Of a stretch of DNA of 12,085 bases, positions 1 to 6,998 are shown piece by piece. The stretch's first letter is position 1. Each line of letters begins with the position of its first letter. A program made the position numbers and the translations under genes. The stretch is from a virus (lineage: Duplodnaviria; Heunggongvirae; Uroviricota; Caudoviricetes). Under the pieces are notes generated by a model. That model did no database searches. It was not told the DNA's origin and saw only the letters and a list, made by a program, of their open reading frames with translations. The stretch lies in the IMG/VR virus record IMGVR_UViG_2529293043_000033; one strand, written 5' to 3'.

Positions 1-1119
1 TCAAATAACCAACTTAACCCATTCCTGACCTCGAGTATCGTTATAGCGATCGGTGGTTGCCTGGACTTTATGTCCTAGTAATGTTTTTGTATCGATACCC
101 TGTGCACGGTACAGCCGTTCTGATAGAGAGCGTTGTTCATGAAATGTTGGCGGAGTTTTTCCTGCTGGTGGAATTACCCCAGCCAGATCCCGTGCTTTGG
201 CAAAGTAGTCGCTCAGGTTGTCTTTACTCATCGGCTTCGGTTGTTTCTGGTGCCGACTATGGATTAGATATGGACTTAATATTCTGTCTCGGCACCCATC
301 AATAACTTCTTTTAACGTTATCCCAATGGCATCACAGCGTAGTGTAAGCGGTAACGCCAGACGCATTCCGGTTTTTCCCTGGGTGATATGCAAGTGTTCG
401 TTCCACACATCTGAAAAACGCATGTGGCAAATGTCATCACGGCGCTGACCAGTAACAATCGCAAGAAGCATTGCGTTACGGATAAAGTGTTTTTCAGGCG
501 TTGCATTGTAAATTTTTTGCCAGTCTTCCATGGTGAGCCTGGCTCTGGTTACTTTAGGGATCGGTTTACGGGTAGCCTCCGGAGGATTCCATCCAGGAGG
601 AACTTCCCCTGCATGCTGTGCTTCTTTATAAATATCAACCCATAATCCACGATTTACTCTCGCTGTACTGACCATGTCTTTATCCAGCCACTCATCCAGT
701 ATTAATGCAAAGTCTCTTACTTCCAGTTCTTTCAATGGGTGGTTTCCCAGACGGGAAACCAGGTATGCAGCCATTCGAGTTTTTTCTTTGTGAGTTGTAG
801 CTGCAATATCTCCATTTTTCAGTCGCGTGTCCTGTATTTTCAGATATCGATCAACCCATGCCTTTAATCTGATACCCCGACGTTTTGTTGCTGACGGACT
901 TTCATCAATTTTGCGCATGAAATATTCAGCTTCTGCTGCAGCTATTCGCTGATTGGCTGTGGAAGCGATTTTTTCTGCCTTACCTTTGTCTGTTCCGAGT
1001 CCGTGAAATTTTCCAGTCACAGGATTTTTATACTGGTAGTAAACTCTGCCAGTTCTGCGATCAAACTTTTCGTAAAGACCGGCTACGTCAGTGCTGTTTT
1101 TTCGTGGCCTCGGTGACAT
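1..1119 (-). CDS. int: Phage tyrosine-type site-specific integrase (lambda Int family)
   Basis: 372-aa ORF, ATG at 1119-1117, stop is the first 3 bases of the window. C-terminal catalytic region has the R...H-x-x-R...Y pattern (HEQRSLSERLY ... GHKVQATTDRY). Followed by an overlapping small excisionase-like gene, the typical int-xis arrangement. Confidence 0.9.
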   Translation of the reverse strand: MSPRPRKNSTDVAGLYEKFDRRTGRVYYQYKNPVTGKFHGLGTDKGKAEKIASTANQRIAAAEAEYFMRKIDESPSATKRRGIRLKAWVDRYLKIQDTRLKNGDIAATTHKEKTRMAAYLVSRLGNHPLKELEVRDFALILDEWLDKDMVSTARVNRGLWVDIYKEAQHAGEVPPGWNPPEATRKPIPKVTRARLTMEDWQKIYNATPEKHFIRNAMLLAIVTGQRRDDICHMRFSDVWNEHLHITQGKTGMRLALPLTLRCDAIGITLKEVIDGCRDRILSPYLIHSRHQKQPKPMSKDNLSDYFAKARDLAGVIPPAGKTPPTFHEQRSLSERLYRAQGIDTKTLLGHKVQATTDRYNDTRGQEWVKLVI

Positions 1120-1357
1120 GAGTTAAAATCTCCTTCAGTGCATCATCATCGCCAGTATGAATTTCCGGCGCAATTCCCGTTTCACCAGGCCCAACAAATA
1201 CTGCTCGGCGATCTATCAGCCAACGCCCACGAATTTTTTGTGGTCTTGGAACGATGTATCCTAGTTTTCCGTATTTCACCAGGGTAGTGTTTGTTATTGG
1301 GAGACTGAACCGTTTTGGTTTCCACTCGTCGAGCGTTATCAGGTACTGTTCGCTCAT
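1088..1357 (-). CDS. xis: Excisionase-like protein (Xis / DUF1233-type small DNA-binding protein)
   Basis: About 89 aa from ATG at 1357-1355 (GGAG 8 nt upstream on the minus strand); the track's 92-aa version starts at an in-frame GTG at 1366. Overlaps the int start by 32 bp. Small basic protein with an MSEQYLITLDEW ... KYGKLGYIVP motif typical of prophage excisionases. Confidence 0.7.
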   Translation of the reverse strand: MSEQYLITLDEWKPKRFSLPITNTTLVKYGKLGYIVPRPQKIRGRWLIDRRAVFVGPGETGIAPEIHTGDDDALKEILTHVTEATKKQH

Positions 1358-1418
1358 GGCTATCACTCCGGAACGCGCCAGTTGCAGAATATCAACGACA
1401 ACTGGCGACGGTTGAACA

Positions 1419-1856
1419 TTAAAAATCAGCCTGACTCGGGATCAGTTTTTGCCAGATAACTGAAACGTATTTTGCCTGGTAACGGGCGTCATCAAGTGCA
1501 TTATGGCGCTCACCTTCGAATGGAATAGCCGTTCTGGCATCGAAGTCTATGGCTTTCCCCAGCTCAACGATTGTGCGTACATCGCGATCGTTGTAGTAAC
1601 GCCACGGGCAGGGGATCCCCTGCCGTTCGTATGAACGGCGCAAAATCGTGTTGTCGAAGTTGGCTCCATTTCCCCAGACCTGAACAAAAAATTCACCGGA
1701 GTTTTCGTCGATAAATTCCCGCAATTGTAACAGTGCATCATCTAACGGGATTTCATCGGTCATAATGGCAGATTGCGCTTCGCGTGATTGCTTAAGCCAC
1801 CATTTAATGGTGTCCCTCGCCGTGTGCTTTCGTGTTGTGTGCCTGCTTTTTACCAC
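1419..1856 (-). CDS. DEDDh (DnaQ/KapD-like) 3'-5' exonuclease, apparently N-terminally truncated remnant
   Basis: Exo II-like motif (WGNGANFDNT) and Exo III-like motif (HNALDDARY) are present, but no Exo I D-x-E motif in the roughly 60 residues before Exo II. The frame is closed by a stop at 1904-1902 just upstream of the GTG start at 1856-1854, so the missing N-terminus is not encoded here. Confidence 0.6.
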   Translation of the reverse strand: MVKSRHTTRKHTARDTIKWWLKQSREAQSAIMTDEIPLDDALLQLREFIDENSGEFFVQVWGNGANFDNTILRRSYERQGIPCPWRYYNDRDVRTIVELGKAIDFDARTAIPFEGERHNALDDARYQAKYVSVIWQKLIPSQADF

Positions 1857-1880
1857 GTCAGGCGAGGTGGTCCCCGTTAT

Positions 1881-1926
1881 TCCCCAACAACAAGGATCTT
1901 GTTAATCTGGATATCCCCAACAACAA
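1881..1926. repeat. 13-bp direct repeat TCCCCAACAACAA (1881-1893 and 1914-1926) at the junction between the exonuclease remnant and the AT-rich gene
   Basis: Two exact copies read directly from the sequence, about 20 bp apart. Confidence 0.7.
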
Positions 1927-1940
1927 TAAGAGTATTGAAT

Positions 1941-2456
1941 GTGATCGCTGAATTAACGGCAGCAATGACGGCTATTCGTGAAACCGCCCAGATTGCAAAA
2001 CTAATGAACGAGGCAAAAACTCAAGCTGAAGTAAATGCGGCTATTGGTGAACTGAACTCAAAGCTTGCATCTATTCAGCGCGAATGCGTGTCTCTCGTTG
2101 AGCTGGTGGGCACTTATCAAGAAATAAATGCTTCTCTCAAAGCTAAAATTGCAGAATTTGAAAACTTTGAGGCTCAGACGGAAGGTTATATCCTTAGCCA
2201 ACTTGAGTCGGGAACTTTTGTGTACTCGAAGGAGGTAACCGTGAACGGCGGCAGCATAATCATGCATCTTTGTCCAAAATGTTTTGGACAAAAGATAGTA
2301 TCGATACTTCAGCCATTCCCGGTTAGAGAATATGAATTTTTTCATAAAAGCAGGTGCCTGTACTGTGAAAATCAGTTTCTTATGAATAAAAATCCGGATT
2401 ACGTATCACCTCCATCTATTGAAGAGTTGGCCAGAAAACTGAACGGCAATCTGTAG
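1941..2456 (+). CDS. Hypothetical protein: N-terminal coiled-coil, C-terminal CxxC...CxxC zinc-ribbon; AT-rich accessory gene
   Basis: Likely start GTG 1941 (AAGAG 8 nt upstream); alternative ATG 1965 has no SD. About 41% GC by hand count over 1981-2460, versus roughly 50-55% in the neighbouring genes. Oriented against the flanking leftward genes. C-terminus has CPKC ... CLYC. The track's 1788 start runs antisense into the exonuclease gene and is unlikely. Confidence 0.5.
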   Translation: MIAELTAAMTAIRETAQIAKLMNEAKTQAEVNAAIGELNSKLASIQRECVSLVELVGTYQEINASLKAKIAEFENFEAQTEGYILSQLESGTFVYSKEVTVNGGSIIMHLCPKCFGQKIVSILQPFPVREYEFFHKSRCLYCENQFLMNKNPDYVSPPSIEELARKLNGNL

Positions 2457-2570
2457 ATTTTTACTGTTATGGATATCCAGATTGTTAAAGAGCATGCCGG
2501 ATGCTTGCTTGTGTCCGGCGCGTGTGCACCACTCTCCCCCCGTGGAGGATTCCTTAATTACCAGATTTCA

Positions 2571-2801
2571 TTAGTCAGAGTTTCTTGCTAACCAGCGACG
2601 CGCGCCAGATTCGGTTTTAAACGTTTTGCTTTTGGTATACGTCATCGCGGTGAACGTGCCGTCCTGGTTGGGAAACACGCCGCACACCAGAGATTCGTTG
2701 TTGCCAAGATCAAGAGTATCCATGCTGACCTCATATCCCCTTAACGCCGGGGTAGCGGAACAAAAACCTGCTGCATAGTTAAAGTTGAACCCTGCCGTCA
2801 T
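2571..2801 (-). CDS. Hypothetical small protein (76 aa), first gene of the leftward early operon
   Basis: ATG at 2801-2799 with GAGG about 9 nt upstream on the minus strand. Lies about 95 nt downstream of the predicted leftward promoter. No recognisable motif. Confidence 0.4.
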   Translation of the reverse strand: MTAGFNFNYAAGFCSATPALRGYEVSMDTLDLGNNESLVCGVFPNQDGTFTAMTYTKSKTFKTESGARRWLARNSD

Positions 2802-2901
2802 GTTCTTACGCCTCGGGCTGGCTACTTAATCCCTGACCACTGCCGGGTAACTCTAGGTATTGCCCTGTATTGTGTGGGACGGGATGGGTTGGTATGGGAA
2901 A

Positions 2902-2945
2902 ACTATAGGAAATGCCTAATTGCTTGTCAATAGGCTACGCCTAAT
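2902..2945 (-). promoter_or_regulatory. Leftward early promoter (PL-like) with two operator half-palindromes (OL-like)
   Basis: Minus-strand -35 TTGACA (2930-2925), 17-bp spacer, -10 TATAGT (2907-2902). Operator-like sites ATAGGAAATGCCTAAT (2905-2920) and ATAGGCTACGCCTAAT (2930-2945) overlap the -10 and -35 and match the motif found in the OR region. Confidence 0.5.
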
Positions 2946-3003
2946 GATTTGGGTGCGACCTAATAGGTGATGGTTTGTGGGAGAGGTAGTAGGAGTTAAC
3001 TAA

Positions 3004-3023
3004 CGGGAACTAGGAATTTCCCG
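3004..3023 (-). terminator. Possible weak terminator hairpin downstream of the repressor gene
   Basis: Inverted repeat CGGGAA-N8-TTCCCG just 3' of the repressor stop; the following U-tract on the minus strand is weak. Confidence 0.25.
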
Positions 3024-3038
3024 TCGGACCATATAAGT

Positions 3039-3515
3039 TTAAGTTCCTGTCTTGGTGATGTTCTGGCTTTTCCGTTTTGATTCTTGATTTTTCAGATAGT
3101 TAGCTACCTTCATTTCCATTGCGGCAATGTAGGCACGAACGTCATGATCAACCCAACTAGGCTCCGTAGCATTTCCAGATAAGAGGAAAGCCACAATTGC
3201 TCTTTTTTCATCAGAGGCGGCTTGATAAAGGCTGTTTATGTCTAAAAGTTCACTTTTTGTATCTGAAGTGGATGGGGTTGGTATGGGGTATTCGTTAAGC
3301 CCCCAATGCTCTGGACCAACCACATCAGAAAAGAAACGCCATAGTTCTGGAAGTTTGTCTTTACTTATCGAACCTTTCTTAATCCAGTCATGGATTGATG
3401 GTGGTTGGACTTTGAAATGACGTGCGATTTCCGCCTTTGATTTGACGGCTCCTGATGCAATTTTTTTGTTAATGGCCTGCTCTATCGCTCGGCCTAAGTC
3501 TTTACCACTAAGCAT
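3039..3515 (-). CDS. racR: Prophage repressor, RacR-like (CI functional analogue)
   Basis: 158-aa ORF divergent from a YdaS/Cro-like gene and flanked on both sides by repeated operator palindromes. N-terminal HTH-like segment (AEIARHFKVQPPSIHDWIKKG). Size and context match the RacR-YdaS-YdaT immunity module. Confidence 0.75.
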   Translation of the reverse strand: MLSGKDLGRAIEQAINKKIASGAVKSKAEIARHFKVQPPSIHDWIKKGSISKDKLPELWRFFSDVVGPEHWGLNEYPIPTPSTSDTKSELLDINSLYQAASDEKRAIVAFLLSGNATEPSWVDHDVRAYIAAMEMKVANYLKNQESKRKSQNITKTGT

Positions 3516-3542
3516 TGCTTAATAGTCTCCTATGCGCATCGC

Positions 3543-3612
3543 ATTAGGCAATGCCTACTCTCGAAGCGTTAGGCATAGCCTATTGACAATTGCATTAGGC
3601 TAAGCCTAATAT
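3543..3612 (+). promoter_or_regulatory. Tripartite OR-like operator with rightward PR-like promoter
   Basis: Three palindromic sites with centres 25-26 bp apart: ATTAGGCAATGCCTAC (3543-3558), TAGGCATAGCCTA (3570-3582), and the perfect 7-3-7 palindrome ATTAGGCTAAGCCTAAT (3594-3610). Promoter -35 TTGACA (3583-3588), 18-bp spacer, -10 TAATAT (3607-3612), overlapping the third site. Confidence 0.65.
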
Positions 3613-3639
3613 TATTGTGTGTTTTTTGGAGTTCATTCG

Positions 3640-3963
3640 ATGAAAAAAGATAACTATTCATTCAAACGAGCTTGTGCTGTTGTCGGTGGGCAATCAGCAA
3701 TGGCTAGGCTTTTAGGTGTATCTCCTCCAAGCGTAAATCAATGGATCAAAGGTGTACGTCAGTTGCCTGCTGAGAGATGTCCTGCGATTGAACGAGCAAC
3801 AAAAGGTGGTGTCCTGTGTGAAGAACTTCGTCCTGATGTTGATTGGACATACTTACGACGCTCGTCATGTTATTCGCAGAATATGTCGATGAAGCAACCA
3901 AATGACGAAAACGATCATACCCGAAGCATCAAGAGGCAAATGATTCATGAAAATCAAACATGA
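3640..3963 (+). CDS. ydaS: Cro-like HTH regulator, YdaS family
   Basis: ATG 3640 with GGAG 9 nt upstream, about 20 nt from the predicted PR start site. MKKDNYSFKRACAVVGGQSAMARLLGVSPPSVNQWIKGVRQLPAERCPAIERA closely matches what I recall of Rac YdaS. The track's 3619 GTG start is less likely. Confidence 0.8.
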   Translation: MKKDNYSFKRACAVVGGQSAMARLLGVSPPSVNQWIKGVRQLPAERCPAIERATKGGVLCEELRPDVDWTYLRRSSCYSQNMSMKQPNDENDHTRSIKRQMIHENQT

Positions 3964-4372
3964 GCACATCCGCATGGCGATGAATGCCTGGGCATATCCT
4001 GATGGTGAGAAAGTTCCTGCAGCTGAAATAGCCCGGACTTATTTCGAACTGGGGATGACGTTCCCGGAACTGTACGACGACAGCCATCCGGAAGCCCTGG
4101 CTCGTAATACCCAGAAAATTTTCCGTTGGCTGGATAAAGACACCCCTGATGCTGTTGAAAAAATGCAGGCTCTGTTACCGGCGATCGAAAAGGCAATGCC
4201 GCCTCTGCTGGTGGCCCGTATGCGCAGTCACAGCTCTGAATATTACCGTGAGATCGTCGAACGGAGGGATCGGCTGGTGAAAGATGTGGATGATTTTGTC
4301 GCAGCGGCGATCGCCTGGGGCACCCTGACTAACAGTGGGGGTCAGCCTGGTAATGCTGTTGTCGTGCATTGA
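3947..4372 (+). CDS. ydaT: YdaT-like protein (toxic when derepressed; CII-like functional analogue)
   Basis: 141 aa, overlaps the ydaS-like stop by 17 bp. N-terminus MKIKHEHI and its position immediately after ydaS match the Rac/CP-933P arrangement. Confidence 0.7.
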   Translation: MKIKHEHIRMAMNAWAYPDGEKVPAAEIARTYFELGMTFPELYDDSHPEALARNTQKIFRWLDKDTPDAVEKMQALLPAIEKAMPPLLVARMRSHSSEYYREIVERRDRLVKDVDDFVAAAIAWGTLTNSGGQPGNAVVVH

Positions 4373-4440
4373 CCAACAATATTCATGCCGGATTTCTTCC
4401 GGATGTTCGAGGGTAAAGTTCGGTATCAGATGAGGTGAGT

Positions 4441-5478
4441 ATGGCTAATGCCTGGCTCAGATTGTGGCATGACATGCCAAATGATCCCAAATGGCGAACC
4501 ATTGCCAGGGTCTCAGGACAGCCAATCGCAACAGTGATGGCGGTGTATATCCACCTTCTGGTGAGTGCGTCACGAAATGTCACGAAATGTCACGGCGAGT
4601 CACTACGTGGTCACATTGATGTCACGACGGAAGATTTAGCAAGTGCGCTTGATGTGACGGAAGACGTGATTGATTCAATTTTGCATGCAATGCAGGGGCG
4701 AGTTCTGGATGGCGATCTTATTTCCGGATGGGAAAAACGCCAGGTGATGAAGGAGGATAACGGTAATGTTTCGCAAACCGCAAAATCCCCGGCAGAGCGC
4801 AAGAGAGCGCAGCGGGAGCGGGAAAGACTGCGGGAGCAGAACACTGATTGTCACGATGAGTCACGACGCGTCACGCATATGTCACGACAAGTCACGACAG
4901 ATACAGATACAGATAAAGAATTAAACCCCACACATAACGCGCGCATGCGCGAGAGTGCTCCAGCCAGTGAGTCGAATGGCGCGCCGTTGCAGACAGCAGA
5001 ACCTGAATACCCGGATGGCCTGAGCGAACCGATCGGGAAATTTCCGATGACTGGTGTCTGGCGGCCGTCGCTGGATTTTCGACAGCGGGCTGCATTGTGG
5101 GGTATGGCTCTGCCTGAGCCTGAGTTTACACCTGCTGAGCTTGCCGCATTCCGGGATTACTGGATGGCGGAGGGGAAGGTTTTCACGCAGGTTCAGTGGG
5201 AGCAGAAATTTGCCCGTCACGTGCAGCACGTCAGGGCACAGGTAAAACCAGTCAGCAAGGGGGTAAGCCATGCAGCACCAGGTGGCACCGCATCACGGGC
5301 AGTTCAGGAAATTCGGGCAGCACGTGAACAGTGGGAACGTGAAAACGGATTTATCAGCAACGGAAACGGCCTGGAAGCTGTGGGAACTTATGGGGGAGGT
5401 GTATTCGAACCGCTGGACCCAGAAGAACGGGGCTGCGCCGTCGAAGCTCTGGATTGCTCAGATTGGCGCGATGACTGA
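4441..5478 (+). CDS. Replication initiator, lambda O-like (YdaU/DUF1376-type N-terminus), contains the origin iterons; C-terminus possibly extended
   Basis: ATG 4441 with GAGG 5 nt upstream (the track's GTG 4435 is less likely). N-terminus MANAWLRLWHDMPNDPKWRTIA. Two iteron arrays lie inside the gene, as in lambda O. The last roughly 70 codons overlap the P-like gene out of frame and are low-complexity. Confidence 0.75.
   Translation: MANAWLRLWHDMPNDPKWRTIARVSGQPIATVMAVYIHLLVSASRNVTKCHGESLRGHIDVTTEDLASALDVTEDVIDSILHAMQGRVLDGDLISGWEKRQVMKEDNGNVSQTAKSPAERKRAQRERERLREQNTDCHDESRRVTHMSRQVTTDTDTDKELNPTHNARMRESAPASESNGAPLQTAEPEYPDGLSEPIGKFPMTGVWRPSLDFRQRAALWGMALPEPEFTPAELAAFRDYWMAEGKVFTQVQWEQKFARHVQHVRAQVKPVSKGVSHAAPGGTASRAVQEIRAAREQWERENGFISNGNGLEAVGTYGGGVFEPLDPEERGCAVEALDCSDWRDD
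4569..4626. repeat. Iteron array I: six GTCAC(G) repeats at 10-11 bp spacing (candidate ori)
   Basis: GTCACGAAAT GTCACGAAAT GTCACGGCGA GTCACTACGTG GTCACATTGAT GTCACGACGG; copies start at 4569, 4579, 4589, 4599, 4610 and 4621. Confidence 0.75.
4850..4914. repeat. Iteron array II: five GTCACG repeats at 10-11 bp spacing, followed by an (ACAGAT)x3 tandem repeat
   Basis: GTCACG at 4850, 4860, 4870, 4881 and 4891; tandem hexamer 4897-4914 (encodes TDTDTD in the O-like protein). A GCGCGCATGCGCG palindrome follows at about 4929-4942. Confidence 0.75.
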
Positions 5479-5932
5479 ACAGCAAATCCGGCAGGTCTGC
5501 CGTCAGTGCATGGACCGCTGCCGGGCGGGTGAAACGTGGCCTCCGGACCTGGCTGAGTTTGTGGCGTTGATTTCGGAGAGCGGGGCAAATCCATTTGGCC
5601 TGACGGTGGATGCCGTGATGGAGGAGTACCGTCGCTGGAGGAATGAATCCTGGCGGTACGACGGGAGTGATAAATACCCGTGGCCACAGCCGGTGCTGTA
5701 CCACATTTGCCTCGAGATGCGTGACAGAGGGATTGAGCGGCAGATGACGGAAGGTGAGTTAAAACGACTTGCAGAACGGCAACTGACGAAATGGGCAAAG
5801 CAAGTTGGTAACGGGATGAGTATTCCCCCGATCCGGAGACAACTCGCATCGCCGAAGTGCCCGCAAGGGCCAACGCCAATTGAATTACTGAAACAGGAAT
5901 ACGAGCGCCGGAAGGCGGCTGGTTTTGTTTGA
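5270..5932 (+). CDS. Replication protein P-like (helicase loader, lambda P family)
   Basis: ATG 5270 with AAGGGGG SD 6 nt upstream. Recalled similarity to lambda P (TWPPDLAEFVALI versus PFLPSPGQFVAWC; YDGSDKYPWPQP versus YPDAESYPWKSN) falls at comparable residue positions, and the 220-aa length is close to lambda P (233 aa). An alternative coupled start ATG 5471 (ATGACTGA with the O stop) cannot be excluded. Confidence 0.7.
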   Translation: MQHQVAPHHGQFRKFGQHVNSGNVKTDLSATETAWKLWELMGEVYSNRWTQKNGAAPSKLWIAQIGAMTEQQIRQVCRQCMDRCRAGETWPPDLAEFVALISESGANPFGLTVDAVMEEYRRWRNESWRYDGSDKYPWPQPVLYHICLEMRDRGIERQMTEGELKRLAERQLTKWAKQVGNGMSIPPIRRQLASPKCPQGPTPIELLKQEYERRKAAGFV

Positions 5933-5965
5933 ATCTGAGAAACGATTTTGTCGGAGGAAATTTTA

Positions 5966-6682
5966 ATGGAAACCGTATCTGACGCACTGAAAGCACTGAA
6001 AAGAGCCTCTTCACATGTGGTGGCAGCTCGCCTTGGAATTAGTCGTGAAGAGGCTGTCAACGAACTGTGGAAACTGAAACGCCGTGGAGAAGCGGATAAC
6101 AAGGGGGCGATATGGTGGCTGACTCAGGCTGGTGAAAGTGAACCGGTGTCACCGGTACCGAAAGTGACGGCGCAAATGCTGACAGAGGCGATTGAACAAC
6201 ATGGCCCACAAACGGCGGATGAACTGGCATTGATGTTCGGAATTACCTCCCGCCGGGCGAATTCATCGCTGGCAATGGCAATCAGCAAAGGGTGTCTGAT
6301 TCGCGTGAATCAGGATGGTAAATTTCGTTACTGCATACCGGGCGTTGATTTACCGGCAGAGCCGAAAGCAGCATCCGTAGCTGAAACGGAGGGTAAAGCC
6401 CTTCCTCAGCCAGCTGGTGTTGCGTTACCAGTCCAGGAAACGGCTGCACAGGAAGAAATTAAAACAGAAGCGGTGGAGGACATTGTGAAGTTGCAGCAAT
6501 CGTTCACTGAAGCGAAAGCAGATGACCTGATTCTACCATCGCTGCATGTGGCTAACCGCGAGCTGCGCCGGGCGAAAAGTAATGTTCAGAAGTGGGAGCG
6601 AGTCTGTGCTGCGCTACGGGAACTGAACAAACACAGGGATATTCTCCGGGATATTACCGCCACCAGAGAGCAGCAGCGGTGA
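5966..6682 (+). CDS. Hypothetical protein with two winged-helix-like segments and a C-terminal coiled-coil (possibly DUF1627-like)
   Basis: ATG 5966 with GGAGG 8 nt upstream; the track's start at 5948 is a TTG. HTH-like segments [19 protein letters not shown] and [24 protein letters not shown]. Confidence 0.55.
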   Translation: METVSDALKALKRASSHVVAARLGISREEAVNELWKLKRRGEADNKGAIWWLTQAGESEPVSPVPKVTAQMLTEAIEQHGPQTADELALMFGITSRRANSSLAMAISKGCLIRVNQDGKFRYCIPGVDLPAEPKAASVAETEGKALPQPAGVALPVQETAAQEEIKTEAVEDIVKLQQSFTEAKADDLILPSLHVANRELRRAKSNVQKWERVCAALRELNKHRDILRDITATREQQR

Positions 6683-6996
6683 GTGGCTGGAAGAAGTGGC
6701 GCTGGGCTGAAATCCTGATACTCCGGCAGTGTGCGGGAACGATGAGAGTCGAAAGCATCGGTTATCTGATTGGCCGTAGTGAGTCAGCCGTCAGGACGAA
6801 AGCGCGGGAACTGGGTATCAGCATGATGTTACGGGGTGATTATCACCAGTCAGCCAAATGTTCACAGCGTGATATTGAGCTGGCGTGGCAACTGCATCAG
6901 CGTGGTGTACCCCGACGGGAAATTGCCGAAAAGTTTGGGATGAAGTTGGGCGCAGTGAATAACTACGTTTATTTCGACAGGAGGGTTCAGGAGTGA
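6679..6996 (+). CDS. Hypothetical DNA-binding protein (two HTH-like segments)
   Basis: In-frame GTG at 6679 overlaps the upstream TGA (GTGA coupling); alternative ATG at 6742. HTH-like segments [20 protein letters not shown] and [20 protein letters not shown]. Confidence 0.45.
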   Translation: MSGWKKWRWAEILILRQCAGTMRVESIGYLIGRSESAVRTKARELGISMMLRGDYHQSAKCSQRDIELAWQLHQRGVPRREIAEKFGMKLGAVNNYVYFDRRVQE

Positions 6997-6998
6997 GG

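Noticed and set aside
1-60. Looked for the prophage attachment site or a tRNA gene at the left edge
   Set aside because: The window begins exactly at the integrase stop codon; any att site or tRNA target would lie outside the window, so none can be called.
57-645. Four plus-strand ORFs of 62-82 aa overlapping the integrase gene
   Set aside because: They lie antisense inside a well-supported integrase CDS, have no RBS and no recognisable motifs; shadow ORFs.
1547-1741. 64-aa minus-strand ORF inside the exonuclease gene
   Set aside because: Alternative frame of the exonuclease CDS with no independent support.
1788-1940. 5' extension of the AT-rich gene ORF back to 1788
   Set aside because: The extension runs antisense through the exonuclease ORF at different GC and has no RBS; start at GTG 1941 (or ATG 1965) preferred.
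2058-2345. 95-aa minus-strand ORF inside the AT-rich gene
   Set aside because: AT-rich regions generate long spurious frames; no start context, and it overlaps the better-supported plus-strand gene.
2496-2519. Hairpin GCCGGA-N12-TCCGGC between the convergent genes, considered as a terminator
   Set aside because: Short stem, long loop and no flanking T or A tract on either strand; too weak to call.
3238-3420. 60-aa plus-strand ORF inside the repressor gene
   Set aside because: Antisense to the repressor CDS; shadow ORF. It does contain one copy of the 17-bp repeat reported in findings.
3954-4369. Two minus-strand ORFs (80 and 64 aa) inside the ydaT-like gene
   Set aside because: Antisense shadow ORFs with no RBS.
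4569-4896. GTCACG repeat arrays considered as a CRISPR array
   Set aside because: Repeat unit is about 10 bp with no spacers, lies inside a coding gene, and there are no cas genes; iterons of a replication origin fit far better.
4383-6102. Several minus-strand and alternative-frame ORFs (66-208 aa) across the O-like and P-like genes
   Set aside because: High-GC coding regions give long open antisense frames; the products are low-complexity (Ser/Arg/Pro-rich) and overlap well-supported replication genes.
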